Shown piece after piece: positions 34,297 to 43,830 of a DNA stretch of 64,000 nucleotides. A program made the position numbers and the translations under genes. Under the pieces are notes generated by a model. That model was given only the letters and a program-made list of their open reading frames with translations, was not told the origin of the DNA and searched no databases. Source of the stretch: Bdellovibrionota bacterium (GTDB lineage Bacteria; Bdellovibrionota; Bdellovibrionia; Bdellovibrionales; JAMPXM01); NCBI GenBank assembly GCA_963170185.1, contig CAUJGS010000106.1:2905-66904 (forward strand), read 5' to 3'. The first letter of the stretch is position 1, and every line of letters starts with the position of its first letter.

Positions 34297-34477
34297 TCTC
34301 GACTTTTTCTCGACTCAAGTTTTCAAAGCGACTTATATTGAATCTGTATTGGAATTCGCTCGGTTCAAAGCGCCGACGAAGGCGACGAACTCGACGAAAG
34401 CTGCGCCAATTGTTCGACCCTTCTCGCTTGAAACTGCGTGTTCCTTGGCTGGACTCTCGTTTATGTCGGAGGTCAGG

Positions 34478-35857
34478 ATGACCAAAGCTCGACTGCTGCC
34501 AACGCCGCTGCTACCGCTATTGGCAGGGCTTGTGATTCCTATTTTGCTTGGCGCAGGCTGCGCTCATCGCCCCGTCGAAGTTTCGGAAAAGGCGCTGGAA
34601 CGCGAGTTTCGCAGGCTTTCTCTAGCGGAAAAAAGACGAAACAAGCCAAAAGCGAATGCTCAAACATCTCCACGCACCAAAACACCGGCAGCTCCATTTA
34701 CACCTCGGGTGGCGATCGGCGCGCAAGATCTCGCAACTAAGGGACCCGATCTCTTCGGCCCCTGGATGCTCATGGAGTCCACGACACCCGTCGGTGAATC
34801 CGTCAATGAGTCCGTCGTTAATTCGGCCATGAAATCGGCCGGTAATTCTTCAGACGCGCTTCCTGCGAAGAATGTCGCAAGCCAAACAGGCACGCGCGGT
34901 GCCGCGAGTTTCTCATCTTCAACCAACGCCGGATTTCGCACGATGAAACCCGAAGCTCTTACCGAGAGTCCCGGTCACGTCACTGGTAACGTCTCTGGCG
35001 AGAAGGCCGAGTCAGCCAACACGGCCGCGCCGGTAAATAAAAAGACACGCCAGAAAGTCGATGAAGCACATCTGATTTTCGATTTTCCCGTTACCTACAA
35101 TGCGCGTGTGAGAAAATGGATTCGCTACTTTCAGACCACGGGCCGACCTTCGTTTCGTCGCTGGCTGGAGCGATCGACGAGATACATTCCATATATTCAA
35201 ACCGAGCTCAAGCGGGCCGGCCTACCCACTGACATCGCGTACGTCGCCATGATCGAAAGCGGATTTTCTTCGAGCGCCGTTAGCCATGCCCATGCAATGG
35301 GAATGTGGCAGTTTATCGCGCCGACAGGGAAGCGCTACGGCCTCGGTATCGACTGGTGGATCGACGAACGACGCGACTACGAGAAAGCGACACGCGCCGC
35401 TATCGGTTATATGTCGGACCTCTTCGAACAGTTCGGCTCGTGGTACCTGGTTGCCGCCAGCTACAACATGGGCGAAGGCGGCGTGCGCCGCCTCATCAAA
35501 CGCCACGGCACAAACTCGTTCTGGGATCTGGCCGACCGCGGCGCCCTCCCGGAAGAGACACGCAACTACGTTCCAAAAATGCTGGCCGCCATGCTGATCG
35601 CCAAAGCGCCCGCTCTTTACGGCTTCCGCGATCTCGATTTCCAACTGCCGTTTTCTTTCGAGTTCTTCGACGCGCCAGGCGGTACCGACCTGATCGCCCT
35701 GGCTAGCCACCTCGGCGTCAGTGAACGCTCGTTGACCGAATTGAACCCTGAACTTCTTAAAGGGTTTATTCCTCGAGAAATAAAATCCCATCGAATTCGG
35801 ATTCCCAAAGGCTCGCGAAATGCGGTAGCACAGTTTCTCAACGTGCGGACGATCTAA
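34478..35857 (+). CDS. membrane-bound lytic murein transglycosylase (MltD-like; SLT domain plus a LysM-like C-terminus)
   Basis: GGAGG lies 6 nt upstream of the ATG at 34478. It has AMIESGFSSSAVSHAHAMGMWQFI, then ..ASYNMGEGG. The C-terminus ..GTDLIALASHLGVSERSLTELNPEL..IRIPKG is LysM-like. Confidence 0.8.
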   Translation: MTKARLLPTPLLPLLAGLVIPILLGAGCAHRPVEVSEKALEREFRRLSLAEKRRNKPKANAQTSPRTKTPAAPFTPRVAIGAQDLATKGPDLFGPWMLMESTTPVGESVNESVVNSAMKSAGNSSDALPAKNVASQTGTRGAASFSSSTNAGFRTMKPEALTESPGHVTGNVSGEKAESANTAAPVNKKTRQKVDEAHLIFDFPVTYNARVRKWIRYFQTTGRPSFRRWLERSTRYIPYIQTELKRAGLPTDIAYVAMIESGFSSSAVSHAHAMGMWQFIAPTGKRYGLGIDWWIDERRDYEKATRAAIGYMSDLFEQFGSWYLVAASYNMGEGGVRRLIKRHGTNSFWDLADRGALPEETRNYVPKMLAAMLIAKAPALYGFRDLDFQLPFSFEFFDAPGGTDLIALASHLGVSERSLTELNPELLKGFIPREIKSHRIRIPKGSRNAVAQFLNVRTI

Positions 35858-35872
35858 CTAAACGAGCAAGCC

Positions 35873-37141
35873 ATGGCGACGCCTTCGAGCACAACACGTC
35901 CTCTCATCGTACAAAAGTTCGGAGGCATGAGCCTTGCGACACCGGCGCATATCAAAGGCGCCGCGCGCCGAGTGGCTGAACTGCGCGCAACCGGCGCGAA
36001 TGTGCTCGCCGTGGTTAGCGCCATGGGCGCCGCAACCGATGGCCTCATCCAGCTCGCCTACTCGGTCAGTCCGCACCCGAATCGCCGCGAACTCGACATG
36101 CTGCTCTCGACAGGCGAACGCGTTTCGATGTCGCTTTTTTCCATGGCATTAAGCGATGCCCTAAAAGAGCTCGTGCCGGAATCCAAAGCGATTAGTTTCA
36201 CCGGTTCGCAAGCCGGTCTTCTCACCGATGAAACTCACTCCAATGCACGAATCATCGATATCAAGTCGATTCGGGTTCAAGAGGAGCTGACGAAGGGTCA
36301 TGTCGTGATTCTTGCCGGCTTTCAAGGTGTGTCGCCACGGACAAAGGAAATCACGACACTCGGTCGCGGCGGAACCGACGTCACGGCTGTTGCGATGGCG
36401 GCCGCCTTTTCTGCCGACCGTTGTGAAATCCTTAAGGAAGTGCCGGGTGTGATGTCCGCCGACCCTCGGGTGGTAAACGAGGCGCGGGTTTTGCCGGCTC
36501 TCACTCATCTTCAACTTCTCAACATGACTTTTTGGGGCGCAAAGGTTCTTCACTATCGCAGCGTAGAACTGGCAGCGACGCACAAAGTCCCTCTGCGAGT
36601 CGCCCTCGCCCACGATGCTAAACCTTCAGGTATGCCTTCAGTCACATCCGATTCCGACTCTGGAACCGATATCCGAATGGAGACCGCGATGAACAGTTTT
36701 GAAAACGACCGAGTGCTGGCCGTCAACAGTCATGCCGATGTCCGCAAGTTGCGAGTCAAAACACCCGACCTTCAAACCGCTCTTCAAAAGTTAAAAACTC
36801 GTTTGCTTGGAAACTCGTTACCGCTTCCCCAGATCCTTCACGCCCGGCAAGCAGGCGCAATGGAAGTTCTGATCACCGCACCGGCGGAGTCGCTCGAGGC
36901 GCAAATCAGCTGCCTGAAAACAGACCCTAGCTTTGAAATCGACTCTCGAGCCTACTCGACCGTCACCGCCACATGCCAGGGCTCTTACACGACGGACCTG
37001 GTCGTGCGCTTTAGCGAAAGCCTCGCCAGCGCCAAGGTCGAAACCCTTGAAGTCCTGCAAGGCCCGATGAGCATCACCTTCCTCGTCGAGGCGTCGGCTC
37101 GCGAAGCAGGACTCAAAACGCTTCACGGATTTACTGCTTAA
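35873..37141 (+). CDS. lysC: aspartate kinase
   Basis: LIVQKFGGMSLA, VVSAMGAATD and GRGGTDVTAVAMAA are present. The C-terminal region is ACT-like. Confidence 0.88.
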   Translation: MATPSSTTRPLIVQKFGGMSLATPAHIKGAARRVAELRATGANVLAVVSAMGAATDGLIQLAYSVSPHPNRRELDMLLSTGERVSMSLFSMALSDALKELVPESKAISFTGSQAGLLTDETHSNARIIDIKSIRVQEELTKGHVVILAGFQGVSPRTKEITTLGRGGTDVTAVAMAAAFSADRCEILKEVPGVMSADPRVVNEARVLPALTHLQLLNMTFWGAKVLHYRSVELAATHKVPLRVALAHDAKPSGMPSVTSDSDSGTDIRMETAMNSFENDRVLAVNSHADVRKLRVKTPDLQTALQKLKTRLLGNSLPLPQILHARQAGAMEVLITAPAESLEAQISCLKTDPSFEIDSRAYSTVTATCQGSYTTDLVVRFSESLASAKVETLEVLQGPMSITFLVEASAREAGLKTLHGFTA

Positions 37142-37173
37142 CTTCTCGTGAAGTTTCCGCGATATAACAGATC

Positions 37174-38265
37174 ATGGTGAGACAACGTCGGTTCGATCTG
37201 CCACTTCTGATCTGGGGATGCATCCTGGCATCTTCGCTGGGAATCAGCCTCTATCTGGCAAACGAACTGATCACCATCGGCACCACGCGCCCCAGCATCA
37301 AAGCCCACAGCGGCCCACTTCGCATCGCCACGATCGACTGGGTCGGCTACTACCCGTTCGCTGCCGCATACGAAGCCGGGTACCTTCGCGAAGAGCTCTC
37401 GCCACTCGGCACGGAGCTTGAGTTAATCAAGCTCCTCGATACCGGTGAAATGTCTGACTACATTCGTACCGGCCGCGTTCACGGCTCGTTCGGCGTCCTC
37501 ACCGACTTCGTCATCATGCTCAGCATGGACATTCCCGTGCGAATGGTCCTTGCGACCGATTTTTCGAAAACAGACATGTTGATCTCCAAGAGCACGTTGA
37601 AATCGCCGGAGGATCTCGTCGGCAAAACGATTGGCCTCAGTGAGTTCAACTCCTTTGCCGAGTACTTCGTCGTTCGCGCACTTGAGCACTACAATATCAA
37701 CCCAGAAAGTGTTCGTTTTAAAACCGTGCAATCACGCGATGTTCCCGAAGCCATCATGTCGGGCAAGATCGACGCCGGCCATACCTGGGACCCCGATCTC
37801 GGCCGTGGCCTTAAGATGGGCCTTCATGTCGTTATGAGTTCGTCGGTGCGGCCAGAGGATATCATCTCAGGGATGGTCCTCCGACGAGAAGTTTTGATGA
37901 GACCTGAGCTCGCCGAGGGAATGCTTCGCGGATACTTTCGCGGCCTTCAACTACTGGGTGACGATCCCAAGCTCTTCTTCGAACTCGTCGGACGCTTCTA
38001 CGGAACGTCAGCCGACGAAGCACGGCGCATCGTCGAAGCGGACTCTCACCTGCTCGATCTAAGGAGCAACATTCAAGCGTTTGAACCCAAAGGACTTCTT
38101 GAACAAGAGATTCAAGCCATCCATCGCTTTTTCCTGATGCGCGGAATTCGACACGCCGACAGCGATCCACTTACTATTCTTGATCCCACGCCCTTGCGTC
38201 GCGTATCGAACAGACTAAATCCGACGCCACCCGCCGCCTTCTCGACCCATAGGGGCGAACCGTGA
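37174..38265 (+). CDS. membrane-anchored periplasmic solute-binding protein (NMT1/SsuA/TauA-like)
   Basis: It has an N-terminal TM segment, then IATIDWVGYYPF.., GKTIGLSEFNSFAEYFVVRAL and SGKIDAGHTWDP, which fit the NitT/TauT-type SBP fold. No ABC permease or ATPase gene is nearby. Confidence 0.6.
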   Translation: MVRQRRFDLPLLIWGCILASSLGISLYLANELITIGTTRPSIKAHSGPLRIATIDWVGYYPFAAAYEAGYLREELSPLGTELELIKLLDTGEMSDYIRTGRVHGSFGVLTDFVIMLSMDIPVRMVLATDFSKTDMLISKSTLKSPEDLVGKTIGLSEFNSFAEYFVVRALEHYNINPESVRFKTVQSRDVPEAIMSGKIDAGHTWDPDLGRGLKMGLHVVMSSSVRPEDIISGMVLRREVLMRPELAEGMLRGYFRGLQLLGDDPKLFFELVGRFYGTSADEARRIVEADSHLLDLRSNIQAFEPKGLLEQEIQAIHRFFLMRGIRHADSDPLTILDPTPLRRVSNRLNPTPPAAFSTHRGEP

Positions 38266-40169
38266 AAATCCGCTCTCGACTATTGATCTTCAATCTCATG
38301 ATGATCAGCGCCACGGCCGTAATTTTAGGGACCACCTTTTTCGTCTTCGCCGAACAATATCTTCGCATTCTTGCCCTTCGTGAAATCAGTGCGACAAGCC
38401 GACAAGCCGTGAACGTCGTCGAACATTTCTTCGAAGTCCGACTGGCTGAACAAAAAACTCTAAGCCGCAGCACTTTCTTTTTCCGCGATCTTCAGTACGA
38501 GCAGATCGAGTCGCGCTTTAACGACTATCGCAACTTCTACCAAACCTATCAGTCGATTAGCTTCTATGGTCCGGATCGCATTCGTCGTATCGACCTCAAT
38601 CGCACGGATCTCGGAGAAACAGGCTCGCCACGCCATCTTTTTGACGAAGCGGAAAAGTCCGACGAGCCCGTGTACATGTTTGAGTTCTCAAACCCGCTTC
38701 GGCCTTCCTTTTTGATCGTATCTCGCGTGAAGCGGCCTGGCGGTCCTCTTGTCGGCTTCGTCTCGGCGACGGTACCTTTGATCTATCTTCAGCAAGCGCT
38801 ATCCGGCTTAAACGAATCCACGCTTGGACACGTACGGGCCGATGTTCAGATTTTTTCCAACGACGGCACTCGAATCTTCTCGAAAATGGATTCTCAAGGC
38901 ATCACCCCTCAAGGCGTGATGATGGACTCGCTTTCGGACCTCGAACAACGCGCCAAAGAAGCCCCCGAGGTTCTCGCCCAAAATACCTTCCATGGTTCCG
39001 AGACCGCGAAGTTCATCGAAACATCCGGAACTTTCACCGCGATCTTCAAAAAACGAAACACAGGCTCGGATCAACGGTCCTGGGCCCTGGCGTACCGAGT
39101 TTTGAAAGAGGATATCAACCGACCCATCACGCTTCTTCGCTACATGGTGCTTTCGCTCTTTGTCGGACTCCTGGCGCTTGCTTATATTCTCAATCGCTGG
39201 CTTTCGGACTCTTTGCTTTATCCGATCGAAATCATGACCTCGATCGTTCAAAACTTCGATCTTTCGGCCCCGGCCTCGCAGATAAACGACAACCGGGCCG
39301 CCGCGCTTCGTGAGCGCGGCGACGAGATCGGCTTTCTCAGCCGTGGTCTTTCGGAAATGATGGACCGTCTGCGCGCCAACTTCGCCGAACTCAGTTCCGC
39401 CGCGAAATTCGCGGCACTCGGCGAGATGGCCGCCGGTATCGCGCACGAGATCAATAATCCACTTACTGTGATTTTAGGGAAAGCCGCTCTTTTAGAAAAA
39501 GCGGCCGAGAAAAACGCGATCGATCTCAACAAAAGCAACGCCACCGACCCGAATCAAAACGCCGGAATGATCCACGAGAGCACGCAGAAGATCGTCGAGA
39601 TGGTGACTCGGATTTCCAAAACCATTCACGCACTTCGCGTTTACGCCCGATCCGCCGACCTCGATCCTATCGGCGCCGAGACCGTGAAATCCATCATCGA
39701 TTCGACGCTGGATATCTGCTACGAGCGCTTGCGCCTGGCCTCCATCGACATCCAAACCGACATCGATCCGGAAGACGCCGTCATCCTTGCCCGCCCCGTA
39801 CAAGTTTCCCAAATCCTTATGAACTTACTCAACAACGCACACGACGCCATCTCCTCGCAGCCAGCTATTGCGCTTGCCGACAAATGGATCAAGGTCGTTG
39901 TTCGCGAGACCGCTTCGCACGTCGAGATTTCCGTTCTAAACGGCGGCCCGATTATCACCAACGAAGTCGCCGAACAGCTCTTCCAGCCGTTCTTTACAAC
40001 AAAACCAATTGGCCTAGGGACCGGAATCGGACTCACCATCAGCGAACGCCTGGCACGCGCTAACGGCGCGGAATTGATCTTCGACCGCACGTCAAAGTTC
40101 ACGCGCTTTTGCCTACTTTTCCCTCGGGCTGATCTCGATCTCGATCGCACTCCGCACCCAAAGACGTAG
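38262..40169 (+). CDS. sensor histidine kinase (two TM segments, ~280-aa periplasmic domain, HAMP, HisKA, HATPase)
   Basis: The GTG start overlaps the SBP stop (GTGA). H-box GEMAAGIAHEINNPLTVI, N-box LLNNAHDA, and G-boxes TKPIGLGTGIGLTIS are present. Confidence 0.88.
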   Translation: MKIRSRLLIFNLMMISATAVILGTTFFVFAEQYLRILALREISATSRQAVNVVEHFFEVRLAEQKTLSRSTFFFRDLQYEQIESRFNDYRNFYQTYQSISFYGPDRIRRIDLNRTDLGETGSPRHLFDEAEKSDEPVYMFEFSNPLRPSFLIVSRVKRPGGPLVGFVSATVPLIYLQQALSGLNESTLGHVRADVQIFSNDGTRIFSKMDSQGITPQGVMMDSLSDLEQRAKEAPEVLAQNTFHGSETAKFIETSGTFTAIFKKRNTGSDQRSWALAYRVLKEDINRPITLLRYMVLSLFVGLLALAYILNRWLSDSLLYPIEIMTSIVQNFDLSAPASQINDNRAAALRERGDEIGFLSRGLSEMMDRLRANFAELSSAAKFAALGEMAAGIAHEINNPLTVILGKAALLEKAAEKNAIDLNKSNATDPNQNAGMIHESTQKIVEMVTRISKTIHALRVYARSADLDPIGAETVKSIIDSTLDICYERLRLASIDIQTDIDPEDAVILARPVQVSQILMNLLNNAHDAISSQPAIALADKWIKVVVRETASHVEISVLNGGPIITNEVAEQLFQPFFTTKPIGLGTGIGLTISERLARANGAELIFDRTSKFTRFCLLFPRADLDLDRTPHPKT

Positions 40170-41258
40170 CGTCTCCACGAGACGAGGAACAAGTTCCGGG
40201 TTAAACGTCGCGCTGGCCAATTCGTGGCGCTTCAACCAATCCACGGCAAGCGTTTGTGATTTCGGATTTTTAAAAAGCTCCGCGCGCTTTGCGATCTCCG
40301 ATGTATCAACGACCGTCTCTTCCGGCGCATACACCGTAAATACCGGCATCGAAAGTGACTCGACACCCACACCACGCGCGCGTTTTGCGACAAGCAGCAT
40401 CTCATGCACAGCCTCGGATCGATAACGAGTCGTCCACCTTTCGGCGTGCAAAGCATTTTGCGGAGCAAACTCTCTTTCCGCACCGACGAACAGAGTCGCA
40501 AGCCATCGGCCAAGCGCCGCTTCCAAAAGCCACGCGCCGAATGCCTGCACGCGGTAGTTCGGAGAAAGCAAGATCACCGCCGCCGGTCCGTCTGAAGAAC
40601 CTCTGCCTTCTTTCAGGTCGGCATAAGTAAGAGCGAGCGCCGCGCCTGTCGACGTCCCAATCAAAAGCACACGCTCGCCCAGCATATTACCGACGATCAT
40701 CGCTTCGTTGGTGTCTCTCCACCAATCCCGTGCCCGCGCTCGACTCATGGCTTCGCTGGCACCATTATTCGTATTCTCTAGTCCATGTCCTTCTAGGCGG
40801 GTAACCAGCAACGGAGCCCCAAGCTCTTCTGCCAAGGTCGAAATCGTGGGCTCAAGTTCTAGCGGGCCAGCCGAAAACCCATGAAGGTAAACTATCGCCA
40901 AAGGCGCTTTTCGATACGGAGCACTCTGCACTCTTGGCCAGAGAATGTGTTTCCTCTGATCAGACTTGATCTTAAGACCAGATGCCTTCTCGTAAGATGA
41001 CTCTGAGTCCTCTAAGGCACGATCAAAATCGGCGCGTGTAAGCTTCGCCGGGTCGGCATTATAAAGCTCGTCAAAAAGAAACCGACCGCCAGCGGCCGTC
41101 GCCCTGTCGGACTCTTCCAAAGGACGAAAGCTTTGAGAGACGAGATGAGCACTACTTAGCTCATGAAACAAAACACCAAGACCCAGTGCCGCGAATCCCA
41201 CCCCCGCCAGTAAGGCGAGGCGCGAAATCACTGCAGACCGGGTCTTTGCTTGGGTCAT
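40113..41258 (-). CDS. membrane-anchored alpha/beta hydrolase
   Basis: It has an N-terminal TM segment, VYLHGFSAGP, and the nucleophile elbow IGTSTGA. Its 3' end overlaps the convergent kinase gene by 57 nt. Confidence 0.65.
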   Translation of the reverse strand: MTQAKTRSAVISRLALLAGVGFAALGLGVLFHELSSAHLVSQSFRPLEESDRATAAGGRFLFDELYNADPAKLTRADFDRALEDSESSYEKASGLKIKSDQRKHILWPRVQSAPYRKAPLAIVYLHGFSAGPLELEPTISTLAEELGAPLLVTRLEGHGLENTNNGASEAMSRARARDWWRDTNEAMIVGNMLGERVLLIGTSTGAALALTYADLKEGRGSSDGPAAVILLSPNYRVQAFGAWLLEAALGRWLATLFVGAEREFAPQNALHAERWTTRYRSEAVHEMLLVAKRARGVGVESLSMPVFTVYAPEETVVDTSEIAKRAELFKNPKSQTLAVDWLKRHELASATFNPELVPRLVETLRLWVRSAIEIEISPREK

Positions 41259-41284
41259 ATGAGGACAACCTGCTTGCTAAAAAA

Positions 41285-42556
41285 CTACTGACGCTTCGCT
41301 GGGATCGCAGTGGTTTTCTTCTCTTCTGACGCCTTTTTCAACGCGTCCTTCCCTGCTGCAGAACCAAGCGCCGGAGGCATCGCCTTCATCGCCGGAACAG
41401 CCGCCTTTTCCGCGGTCTTCTCCATCGCCTTTGCCGGAGCTTTTACCGCATCAGCTTTGTCAGATTTGTCATCTGTATCTACGGATGCTGGTTCAACTTC
41501 CGCTTGGATCAAACCGATTTTGTGGAACTCAAGAATCTTCTTACGAAGCTCTTCAGTGAGCGGCTTGTTGTCTTTCAAGAACTGCTTTGCTTGATCGCGG
41601 CCTTGTCCCATGCGCTCGCCATTGTACGAGTACCATGCACCCGACTTTTCGATGATGCCATGTTGTGCGCCAAGGTCGACGATGTCGCCTTCCAGCGAGA
41701 AACCTTCGCCGTACATGAGGTCAAATTCCGCTTTCGCAAATGGCGGAGCCATTTTGTTTTTTACGACTTTCACAGCCGTGCGGTTTCCGACAACGTCTTC
41801 GCCATTTTTGATGGCGCCGATACGACGAACATCCAAACGAACCGACGAATAGAATTTCAAAGCGTTACCACCGGTCGTCGTTTCAGGACTTCCGAACATG
41901 ACACCGATTTTCATACGGATTTGGTTGATGAAGATCACCATACATTGGCTGCGCGAAATCGCCGCCGTGAGCTTACGAAGAGCTTGCGACATCAGACGCG
42001 CCTGAAGACCGACGTGGCTATCGCCCATGTCGCCTTCGATTTCCGCGCGTGGAACAAGTGCCGCAACCGAGTCGACGACGAGTACGTCGATCGCACCCGA
42101 ACGGACAAGTGTTTCTGTGATCTCAAGAGCTTGTTCGCCAGTGTCTGGCTGAGAAATCAGAAGGTCTTCGGTGCGAACACCGAGTTTGCGAGCGTAACCA
42201 ACGTCAAGTGCGTGTTCCGCATCGACGAATGCCACGACTCCGCCGGCTTTTTGCGCCTGAGCGATGGTCGAAAGAGCGAGTGTCGTTTTACCAGAAGATT
42301 CTGGCCCGTAGATTTCAACGATACGACCTTTAGGCAATCCGCCGATTCCAAGTGCGATGTCCAAAGACAGCGAGCCCGTTGAAACAGCTTGGATGTCGCG
42401 AACAAGTGGTTCGTTGCCGCCCAAGCGCATGATCGAACCTTTTCCGAATTGTTTTTCGATCGCTCCGACCGCGAGTTCCAGCGCCTTGGCTTTTTCCGCC
42501 TGTGCTTTTGCGTCGAGTTTTGCTGCTTGTTCTGTGTTTCCAGTTGCTGCTGCCAT
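41285..42556 (-). CDS. recA: recombinase RecA (423 aa, extended termini)
   Basis: [14 protein letters not shown], Walker [10 protein letters not shown] and [28 protein letters not shown] are present. GAGGGGG lies 5 nt upstream of the ATG. Confidence 0.97.
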   Translation of the reverse strand: MAAATGNTEQAAKLDAKAQAEKAKALELAVGAIEKQFGKGSIMRLGGNEPLVRDIQAVSTGSLSLDIALGIGGLPKGRIVEIYGPESSGKTTLALSTIAQAQKAGGVVAFVDAEHALDVGYARKLGVRTEDLLISQPDTGEQALEITETLVRSGAIDVLVVDSVAALVPRAEIEGDMGDSHVGLQARLMSQALRKLTAAISRSQCMVIFINQIRMKIGVMFGSPETTTGGNALKFYSSVRLDVRRIGAIKNGEDVVGNRTAVKVVKNKMAPPFAKAEFDLMYGEGFSLEGDIVDLGAQHGIIEKSGAWYSYNGERMGQGRDQAKQFLKDNKPLTEELRKKILEFHKIGLIQAEVEPASVDTDDKSDKADAVKAPAKAMEKTAEKAAVPAMKAMPPALGSAAGKDALKKASEEKKTTAIPAKRQ

Positions 42557-42707
42557 GTTTCCCCCTCGAGTCGGCCAGTCTGGTCTTTGTCTTTTACTTT
42601 TTTGACTACGTTCTTCTGACCGAACCTGTTGTTTATGAATTTACACTAAACTTACACATTCGATACGGAAGTCAAATTTTAACTCCGACTTTCTTTCATG
42701 GATCCGG

Positions 42708-43214
42708 CTATCGGTCGAGTTCCAAGCCGCCTCGAAGCGCCGTTTCCAGAGCGGAAAGCGCAAACTCCGCCGACTTCTGCTGCACCGCATTTCTGTCGCC
42801 AGGAAAGTGCTGCTGCGACGACCACTCAACACCTGGACCCACCACTGCAAAGCAAACTGTACCGACTGGTTTTTGAGCAGTTCCGCCCGAAGGCCCCGCA
42901 ATCCCAGTGATACTGACCGCCCAATCCGTCGCGACAACATCGCGAGCTCCGCGCGCCATCGCGATCGCCGTCGTCGTTGATACGGCCCCAAGCTGCCGAA
43001 CCACAGAAATCGGCACACCGAGGACACGAAACTTCACATCATTGGAATAAGCGACGATGCCACCGTGAAAGACATCCGAGACGCCGCTTTCGGCGGCAAA
43101 ACTCGCCGCGACCAAACCGCCCGTGCAGCTTTCCGCAAACGCCACGGTTTGCTCGCGCGCGCGAAGTTTCGAAGCCGCCGCCAAAACTCGCTCACGAAGC
43201 AAGTCCCTGCTCAT
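42708..43214 (-). CDS. pncC: CinA C-terminal-domain protein / nicotinamide-nucleotide amidohydrolase PncC
   Basis: VAFAESCTGGLVAASF, then SITGIAGPSGG, then GTVCFAV. It overlaps pgpA with an ATGA junction. Confidence 0.85.
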   Translation of the reverse strand: MSRDLLRERVLAAASKLRAREQTVAFAESCTGGLVAASFAAESGVSDVFHGGIVAYSNDVKFRVLGVPISVVRQLGAVSTTTAIAMARGARDVVATDWAVSITGIAGPSGGTAQKPVGTVCFAVVGPGVEWSSQQHFPGDRNAVQQKSAEFALSALETALRGGLELDR

Positions 43215-43708
43215 CGGAAAACTCCGTAAGCACCTAGCAAAAGCGTCTGGCTGGCGATCGCCTGAAGCACGATATTAGCAGCCAAACCCGCCGCAACATC
43301 ATCGACCATCACGCCAAGTCCGCCGCGCACTTTCTCGTCCAAAACCGAAATAGGATATGGCTTTACAATGTCAAAAAAACGGAAAAACAAAAACGCACCC
43401 AAGGCCGACTGCCAAGTCAGCGGCAGCCAAACAAACGCGATCAAATAACCCACCACCTCGTCGATCACGATATGGCCAGCATCGTGCCCTTGCCCACGAC
43501 TCTTGCCATGGCGCTCGTACAGCTCACACGCAAAAATCGAAGCAAATAGAAGCGCCGTCGCGAAGACCAGGTAGCCCATTTCCCCAAGATACAGCGCCGC
43601 GAACCAAGCTAGCGGAATGGCCGCGAGAGTGCCGAACGTGCCCGGAGCTTTGGGCGCGCGCCCGACTCCGCCAAAGGTCACAAATAATTCCAGTGCTGAT
43701 AGCTTCAT
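43211..43708 (-). CDS. pgpA: phosphatidylglycerophosphatase A
   Basis: FGGVGRAPKAPGTFGTLAAIPL, then IVIDEVVG, then FRFFDIVKPYPI. The start is taken at MKLSALE. Confidence 0.85.
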   Translation of the reverse strand: MKLSALELFVTFGGVGRAPKAPGTFGTLAAIPLAWFAALYLGEMGYLVFATALLFASIFACELYERHGKSRGQGHDAGHIVIDEVVGYLIAFVWLPLTWQSALGAFLFFRFFDIVKPYPISVLDEKVRGGLGVMVDDVAAGLAANIVLQAIASQTLLLGAYGVFR

Positions 43709-43830
43709 CTCGGGCACGACGTTCGCCCGGCTCGACCGCGAAGTCAAAAGGCGTTCCAAGTCCATCGACCCGGGACCAGTTAGAGTCGGGGTCCAAACCT
43801 CGCTTCTCCCGTCTCGCTTACGCCCCCGTT

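Noticed and set aside
42557-42707. A LexA/SOS box upstream of recA. Candidates are CGAAC-CTGT-TGTTT and TTACAC-N5-TTACAC.
   Set aside because: None matches the known box types I can recall (CGAAC-N4-GTTCG, CTGT-N8-ACAG, TTAC-N3-GTAA). The half-sites are imperfect or are direct rather than inverted repeats.
43357-43830. The ORF track gives pilT a 583-aa form that starts inside pgpA on the opposite strand.
   Set aside because: The extra ~160 residues are Arg/Pro/Ser-rich antisense translation of the well-supported pgpA gene. PilT homology begins at about 43831-43843.
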